A DNA stretch of 64,000 nt from a virus (lineage: Duplodnaviria; Caudoviricetes). The DNA lies in the IMG/VR virus record IMGVR_UViG_3300020577_007013; one strand, given 5' to 3'. Within the stretch, counting starts at the first letter, position 1, and each line of letters opens with the position of its first letter. A model generated the notes under the pieces. That model searched no databases, was not told the origin of the DNA, and worked only from the letters and a program-made list of their open reading frames with translations. Below, one piece after another: positions 52,683-60,502 of the stretch. The position numbers were made by a program, and so were the translations under genes.

Positions 52683-52792
52683 AACACAACCAGACGAGTC
52701 TGGTGTGAATGCCCTCATTGAGAGAGCTTTACAGAAGCGAAATTTCAAAACAGACTCTGAAATTGATGATGAATGGGAAATTCTGAAGAGAG

Positions 52793-55559
52793 CTAACAAT
52801 CTTTCAGAAGATTCTTGACTTTGTTCATATACTTTTCACCAGGAATCATTGGCATGACTTCTTCTAGCTCTTCACCTGAAATCCAAAAACTTCCATAGTC
52901 AGGTAGACCGACGACCACATGTCGTCCATCTACTCTTTTGACTTCCAAGTAATCAAGTCTTCTTATAATCTCTCTTGGTTTTTTTAGAGTCTCTGATAGT
53001 CCACTCAAATAAACTTCCTTATTTTTCAGTCTAACGTACAAGATCAACCACCTTTTGTTTGTATTCTGACTCTAATTTGGTCTCTTCTTTGAAAAGATCA
53101 AGGTCCTTAGGAGACAATCTCGGTTTTAATCCTTCATATTCTAGAGTAATAATAATTTGTTGAATCGCTTCATCGAACTCTGAAGTACAATAGAAGTCTT
53201 TTCCTCTGTCGATTGCTGCTTGAAATCTTTTTACAGAGGTAGTATTTCCGTATATAGATTGAAGATATCGTTTAACCGGGACTTCGGAGTTAGGTTTTAT
53301 TTTAGCTCTCATAATTTAAGAACCTTGTTGACGTACTTTTCTTTGAGCTTCTCATTTACTTTTTCATTAATGACAAAATGTTTAGGCAAATTGAAGACAG
53401 CTTCTCCTATGCTTAAGATGTAGTCTCCGTCAGTCCCTTCACTCATTGCGAACCAATCATTGTCTTCTTCACTGAGTCTGTTTCCGACGTACTCTTGAAT
53501 AAGCTCACTGCTAATATGTCTAGTCTTGTCAAGAAGGTAGTCTATTCCTGCACTAGAGATTTGCTTCTTTACGAGCATAGATCTAAGACCTTTTCCTTGT
53601 AACTTTTCTCGGAGTCTTTATTCACTTCAGTGAGAAGATTGACGTCTAGATAAACTGAGACTGCATCGGCTTGAATATAGCTTCTTCCCATAAAGCCTGC
53701 TTCTGACATTAGAAATTCTTCATTGTCTTGAATGTATTTGAGAGTCTTGATGTTGAACTTACTGAAGTTGTCTTCTATGAACTTTTGCTTACAACCGATT
53801 TTGAATCTGACTGTCTTCATAGAATTTGTAAGAGCTTTTCCTTATACTCTGTCTCGATTTCAGACTCGACTATATGCACTTGATCTAGGAAAAGACTCAT
53901 GACTCCTGGATTTAGACTGTTCAAAGGATCACTAGGAAAGAGTATGGTGATCAGCTTTCTATTATTAATAGATCTTCCTCTATCTTCAGCTTTGAAATAA
54001 GGGGTTGTTCTGAGTACTCTACTCATACCAGGATAAGCGTCAATGCAATTTTGGAGCATATTTCTTTTAATCATTACCGTCATTCGAAAGATCCTGAACT
54101 TTCTTCTTGTATTCTTCAAACTTTTCTGAATGGACTACCTCATAGGTTCCTTCAGAGAAGTCTATAGACTCTCCCATAAATTCTACCAAAGGTTCTGGAA
54201 TTTTTACAGTGGCTCCACCTTCAATTTTTTCAGCTTCCATATAAGGATTATCGATTAAGAAGTCTCTTAAGACTTTCAAAAGCTTTGTCTCCTGTTTGGT
54301 GAACGGTGAGTCTTTCTTTTTAATCTCATCTTCTAAGAATTCCTTGAATTGGCTTTTGATTCTGTGATCGAGGTTAATTCGCATATCAACTTAGTCTTGT
54401 ATTTATCCATAATAGATGATTTATAGAGTACAAAATAATTAGGATCTATTGGAACAAATCCAGGAACAGAAAGCTCTTCAGGAAGAACCATTTCTACTCC
54501 GGTAGAAGACTTGGAGTTGGTCTCGACTTCGAAGACAGTTACAGAGTCTATGTATTTTAATATGTCTAGTTTTTTCTGATCATCGATGATATTAGACTTT
54601 ACTTTTTTGAAAACTTCTACCAAATGGTCTCTGAACTCTGTTCTTCCATTTCTCAAGAAGACCGCTCTCATAAAAGCTCTCTGACTTTTTTCAAATAGTC
54701 TTCCTCAACCCTAGACTTGATTATTTCTATCCACTCTTCTCGTAGAGGAAATTTTCCGGTATGCTTCTTGTTCAGTTTGTTAAGTGACTCTTTAGGAATA
54801 ATCATTGAGTAGGATCCAACACCCAGTCCCTCGACTACTTCAAATCTCTGTGCATCGACGATCAAATTTATGAAGACCAATTTTTCTTCTTTAGAAAAAG
54901 AGAATTGAAGGTTTTCCAAAGAACTTGTAAGCCATTCCAAACATAGAGTCTTGGCTCCTTCTTTGAAGACTGCTTTCATAATTGGAGAATTTTTTCTTTG
55001 TATTCTTCTTCTATCTTAGAAATCCAAGGAATAGTGGAGTCTGCTTCCACTTTCACTCTTTGTTGACCTATGTTAAGAGTCTCGACTATTACAAAAGATC
55101 CTTCGGAAGTCTTCTCGAAGAGTCTTTCTTTCTTCAGTCCTTCAATTATAGATGTGAAATCAGATGGCTTGACCCCTAATCCTAAAGCTGTGGTGGACAT
55201 TCCCTCTAATTTGGAGATGAGTCTTTCCTTGGCTCCTGGTTTGAAGACCACTTTCATAGTAAGTCCTTCAAACGTTCACTGTAAATGAGTTTGGATTCCT
55301 TTTCCTTGACTACCTTCATAAAAGTCGGATCGACAGGAAACCATTCTGCTTCAAGTTCTTCTCTGAATTGTTTAGGAACGAACAAATCGAAGCCGTCTTC
55401 TGATATGACCCCTTTGAAGTAAGGGGACTTGCCCAAAAATTCTCTCAAAGCTTTAAGCTTCTTACTGTTATTCTTTCTCTCCTTCATTTCAGAGAGAATC
55501 TGTTCTATGTATCTCTCTTTAGAGAGACCATCAAATTGAAGTAGTCTTACGTCATTCAT
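52793..55559 (-). CDS. Tandem array of ten 83-112 aa family B proteins, all ending in the C-terminal tag
   Basis: N-termini M(K/R)(A/V/T)V(F/R/K); ends IYSERLKDLL, EYKEKILQL, DYLKKVRELL, KYKTKLICEL, EYKKKVQDL, EYKEKLLQIL, SYKEKVLDL, KYVNKVLKL, EYKQKVVDLV, KYMNKVKNLL. Confidence 0.7.
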
Positions 55560-56788
55560 AGTCTGTATTCAAAGCCATGTCGATCCAAAATTTAAGAGCT
55601 TCTCTGATGGTAGGCTTCCAACCCTTTTTGTCTTCGATTATGAAGGACATATTTTCTATGATTCCTTCATTTCCTTTTTCATCTACAGGGATTGATTGGA
55701 AACCTGTGTCTTGAATAATCCAAAGTCCATTGTCATCATAGAGAATGGAAGGACTGAAGCCTAGCTTTGTAAAGGACTCTATAATGAAGTCAACTGTAAG
55801 TGTATCGAAGCGATCTGTTAGATACCCTATGATCTCCACTGTCAGCTTGTCTGCTTCAGGATCGTCGTAGTTCAAGTCGAGAAGTTTAGATCTCTTTTCG
55901 ATGAGTTCTGCAATGTGGTTCTGATCGATCATTTAAAGAGCTCCTTTACATTCTCCCCATTGTTCCAGATATAAGCGACTTTATTCGTCTCTGTATTCTC
56001 TAGAATAATGGTAGCTTCTCCATTCCGAATCTCTCTTACTCTCATCCAGACTCCTCGATTAGACTCATGCTTAGGGTCTCTTAATCTGATTGATCGTCCT
56101 ATATGAGTTTTGTCAAGAATCACTTAGAGTATTTTTTAAGAGCTTCTTCCAGAACAGTTTTTCGTTCGGTCGATTTCTTGATAGATAAATTGACTTCTTC
56201 GAGCTCGTTCAGAATCTCTTTATAGATCTGAGATGCTCGTTCTTGTTGTCTCGTTGCAAGCTCTTTGTCAGCGAGCTCCTTAGCTTTAATAAGATTTTCG
56301 CTTTCAATGTCCCCTAATTCCTTAAGTTGATTTTCGCTTATCATTTTTGTCTCCTTTAGTTCTTCAATTATAGTATGACTTGATAGAGTTGGGTCGAACT
56401 CTGAGATGTCTTCAATTTCTCGTTCATCCCAAAAATATCCATCAGAACAAGGTCTTCTGGTCGAAGGTCCTAAGCTATCGACTCTTAGCCATTTTCCTAC
56501 ATTTTTTTGTAGAAGAGTAGAGTCGAAACGGAGACTTGACTTTATTTTAATCCACATTCCGACTTCTATGTCTGAAAATTCTAGTTTTTTCTTAGTGGTC
56601 ACTTCGCATAGATCTGTAACTCTATTTTGGTAGTCTGCAATTGCCCATGAGTTCCTAGTATTGGGATTCTCTATGATTATATGGTCACTACCAACGGATA
56701 ATATTCTAAGCCAGACACCTTCATTCTCTACTTGAAGAGAATCTCTTATCTTAACGAAGTGTCCAATATTTTTGCTTGTTAATTTCAT
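55552..56788 (-). CDS. Hypothetical proteins 55552-55932, 55929-56123 and 56120-56788 (the last two share a repeated IG..I..RD..EN.GVW.R domain)
   Basis: ORF track; repeat visible in the translations. Confidence 0.55.
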
Positions 56789-57202
56789 TTATTCTTCCTC
56801 AAAATCTGGATCATAGTCCTCATTTGAACTACTTGTTTCAATGTTCAACTGATCGAAGAAGAAGTCTCCTTCATCATATCGTATTTCAATACCATTTTTG
56901 ATCTCTATGGTGAGTCCTAATCTTTCCTCAACCGATTCTCCTGGAAGAAGCTCAGTGATACCTATGAGACCGGCGTCAACAGGAAAAGAATGTGAGTATT
57001 CCTTTCCTTCAATGTAACCGTCTCCATTGTAGACCCCATCTCCGTAAGCAGTTCCAGCAGCCCAGACTGTTCGTCCTTTGAAATTATGAACCTTTGATTC
57101 ATCTTCGAACATATCTACATGATCGAGAAGATCTGACCAATCCTCGTCAGGAATTGCATAACAAGGATCTCCAATAAAGTATTTTCCTGGTTTAATTTTC
57201 AT
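56789..57202 (-). CDS. Conserved phage protein (IGDPCY...TAYGDG.Y...VDAGLIG; DUF4241-like)
   Basis: Motifs. Confidence 0.55.
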   Translation of the reverse strand: MKIKPGKYFIGDPCYAIPDEDWSDLLDHVDMFEDESKVHNFKGRTVWAAGTAYGDGVYNGDGYIEGKEYSHSFPVDAGLIGITELLPGESVEERLGLTIEIKNGIEIRYDEGDFFFDQLNIETSSSNEDYDPDFEEE

Positions 57203-57657
57203 CTTGATTCTCCTTCCATAATTTTGTGAAGTACGTGAGTCTTAGATAACTCGAATATATCAGGTCTTTTGTTTCTGAAGTGATTCACTTTTCTGATCTC
57301 TTTAATCATGAATTTGTGAATAGGATTTCTCAATTCGTTTATGTCAAGTTGATCTCTTCCGTAATTGAAAATTGTTCTGATAATAGCATGATTAGGTTGC
57401 TTGATTGACCAACCTTTTATGTTGTCAATTATCATTTTCCTTAAGAACCAAGCTCCGAAAAATGAATCGAGAAGTGTGAACTTATTCGTTAGATTTTTTA
57501 CATTATAGGAAGGAAATGAAAGTCCTCTGTATTTTGTGAGAAAGACGAAGCATCTTAGGAATAACATTTCAAAGATTTCCTTTGAATAACTATAATAGAC
57601 TTCGAGAATCTCAGCTCCTAAATTTTTCCACTTATCGATCGTTTCTCTTAAATCTGT

Positions 57658-57666
57658 ATTATACCA
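57658..57666 (-). promoter_or_regulatory. Extended -10 element TGGTATAAT heading the minus-strand 57.6-52.8 kb operon
   Basis: Perfect TGnTATAAT, divergent from the ACTAA-headed gene at 57711. Confidence 0.5.
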
Positions 57667-57710
57667 TAATTCATGGCAGACAGAAAGTTCCTTAAACACA
57701 CTAACCTTGT

Positions 57711-59153
57711 ATGGAACGATATGAAAGCTTTTATGAAAAGAAAGGAAAGAAGAAGAAATCAACGTCGAAGAGCAAGGAGAAACCCTTGAAAGTCGGAGAT
57801 CGAGTGGTACAGAAAACTTCAGGAATCGAAGGTACTGTTCTAGTAAAACCGACCAAAGACAAGAAATATATTCCCATTAAATGGGACGGAAGCTCTCAAA
57901 CTACACAACATGTAGACTCTATCAAAAAGGTGGAAAAATGAATCCCTTAATCAAATCAATCTCTAAGACTTACAATTTAATCGAAGAAGATGTAGCAGCT
58001 GAATGGGAAGAAATTAGAGAGGAGCTTGGAGTGACCGATGAAAAGATCGGTGCTTCTGTTATCCTTAAAGAATTCAAAGCTAGATACTCCGATGCTACTT
58101 ATAAGTCTCAATTCAATGAAGCAAAAGACATCGTAAAATTTACTTCAGAACAAAAGAAAAAGCTTCTCAAATATTGCTCAGTAAAAGTCGGTGCAATCTT
58201 TCATCAGGCTCTTCTTACTACAGGAACAAGTCCAGAAGGTGAAGCAGAGCTCTTAAATCAAGTCATTGAAAAATTTATCAAAGAAGAGCCTATGAACTTC
58301 AAAGAAGAGCCTAAAGAAGAACCTAAAAAAGAGAAACAAGAAGAGAGCTTCTTTGAAGGAGAAAGCTTCTCAGGAATTTACAAGAAATTGTTTAAGTAAA
58401 GCTTCAGTAGAACCTAGACAATGGAGTACGACCTCGAACAACTCTGGGATGAATGTAAAGAAGAAGCATCTGAAGAAGGGAGAGAAGAGGACTTCAAATA
58501 TCTTCGAGACAAAGTCGCTGAGAAGTTAGGTGAAGAGCCTTTGACAGAGTCTGTCACTAAATACAAACCGTTGTTTACATGAGGAACTCAACTTGAAATT
58601 CATAAAAGAAAAAGGAAGACTCCCTATCTACTCACTCTACATCAAGAATATTGTTCGTAAAGGATTTATAGACCTTAGTGCTGTATTCAACGATCTTTTC
58701 TCACATGAAAAGCGAGACCCAATTTTCAGAGCAGCTGGCTTTATAGGTGCTGTAGCTTGTGAAGTAGGTGAAAGAGACTTTATGAATAATGTCGCTCAAT
58801 ATGCTAAGTCATATTCTGAAGGTAACTTTCAACGATATGTCCCTCTATTCGAAGGAATTGATCCTGTTGAAAAGAGTGCTCCTATTAACAAAGATAAGTT
58901 AGGAAGAGGCAAGGATAAAAAGAAAGTCCTTCCTCTTGATTCAGAAAAGAGTAATGTACCGTTTGATCTTCTTCTTCAAGCTCAAGAGTTGAAAGCTAAA
59001 GGAAAAACATTCGAAGAAGTTCGTAATCATTTCAAGTTAACTCATGATCAAATGAGACAGATATTTTCAGACTATTCAGTGCCGCATGATTTAGAAGCTT
59101 CGTTTAAGAGATCTGACCGACACAGAGATAGAGTTCTTTCACAAAAGCCCTAA
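57711..59153 (+). CDS. ACTAA-headed island of tagged proteins: 57711-57941 (MERYESFYE), 57938-58399 (internal YKSQFNE, terminal YKKLFK), 58421-58582 (terminal KYKPLFT), 58593-59153 (internal RYVPLFE)
   Basis: Tags seen; 58421-58582 (53 aa) translated manually. Confidence 0.6.
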
Positions 59154-60502
59154 GATCTTCTCTACATAAGAGTCCATGTCCCAATTGACAGGACCTAAAA
59201 TATGAACACTATTTTTAGGAACGATCTTTCCGAATCTATGCATAGGGTGAACGCATACCACGTAATAGTCCCTTTGATTTTTGAAGTTCTTCAATGAGAG
59301 TTGATCATTACAATAAAGTATCTGATCATCTTCCACTGTCAATTTAGGAAGATTTTTTCTGACCACAGATCTGAAAAAGCTCATCTGCATTCTGTCGACT
59401 ATTCGACATTTAAACCAAGTCACTTTTAAGTTTCTTTTTGTACTCATCTAAAAGATCATTGACTTCCACAACGTCTCTTGCATCTATCGATGTAAAAGAT
59501 TTTATTCCGAACTTGTCCATAGAAAGCCTTATATAATCGACTCCATTTTTAGGTCCTTGCCACTCCATGACGACATAGAAGACTGTCTGAGAATGATAGA
59601 CTGAAGGCTCATTAGCAAGTCTCCATTTTCTTTCTTCTTCATTCTTAAATCTGACTCTTTTCATAGATGAGTCCATACAAAGTTTCTAAATACTTTAAGG
59701 GAACTAACATAGTCTCGTCTAAATTTGATCCCAATTCGTGTCCGATTGAGAACTTACAGTCTTTATCGTTGTAAATTACATACCAAGTCTCTGGAAAAAT
59801 TTTATGACCTAGAGTAGAGATGTAGAAAGCTCTAGGTCTGTCTTTAGTCTTATCGATAATTTTTTCTCTCATTAAGAATGCTTTTTCAAGCACTAAGGTT
59901 TTGAATCTAATTTTCTTAACCATCACTTAAGAGCTCATCCAACTTGTCGAAGTATTCTATAGAGACTTGTTTATCTTTGTCTTCTGTCAAATCTTTTCCC
60001 GTCCACATTCCGAGTTTATGTCGACAGTCTTGATCTAAATGAATCGTATAGTCGACTGGGTCCATGAGATATCTTGTAGTAGACTGTACAAAGTAGTCCC
60101 TCAATCCAGTCCTGATATCTCTAATTCCGAGACTTATCAGAAAGTCTTCCTCAGACTGACGATCCTTAAATTTGACTTTTATCGTCATCTTTATGTTTCT
60201 TCTTTCTTGTGTATGTCTTCTTGTCTTTGATGACCTTTGTCGGCTTGAGTTTGAATTGCTTTCGAGAGAGTTTTTTGATTGTCTTAGACTTCATTTACTA
60301 GAGTCAGTACATCACATTGATATCGAAGTCTCATAATATTCTTCTTTTTCTTTTTCTCATAAATCGTCTCACAATATCTGACCTCGGTTGGGCTCAAGTA
60401 ATTTTCTGATACAAGTCTTAGAGTCTTTCTATCTGACTCAATTTCAAATAGCCTTACTCCGAGAGAAGTATTGAAAGAGATACCTAGACAGTCCGTAATC
60501 AT
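59139..60502 (-). CDS. Second family B-like array (59139-59447, 59410-59664, 59645-59926, 59916-60188, 60284-60502) with C-terminal tag
   Basis: Starts MKRVRFK, MMVKKIRFK, MTIKVKFK; ends SYVEKILGLL, EYKKKLKSDL, KYLETLYGLI, EYFDKLDELL, RYQCDVLTLV. Confidence 0.6.

Larger units (their letters stand above)
285..57704 (+). promoter_or_regulatory. Dispersed ACTAA motif 5-10 nt upstream of start codons (candidate late promoter)
   Basis: At 285, 1658, 4734, 7304, 8650, 12415, 29826, 30646, 31578, 38025, 40558, 42990, 44568, 45820, 48059, 51068 and 57700. Confidence 0.6.

Noticed and set aside
57660-57762. N-terminal part of minus-strand ORF 57199-57762
   Set aside because: Overlaps the tagged + strand gene 57711 and spans a perfect extended -10 box; the real start is probably downstream of 57650
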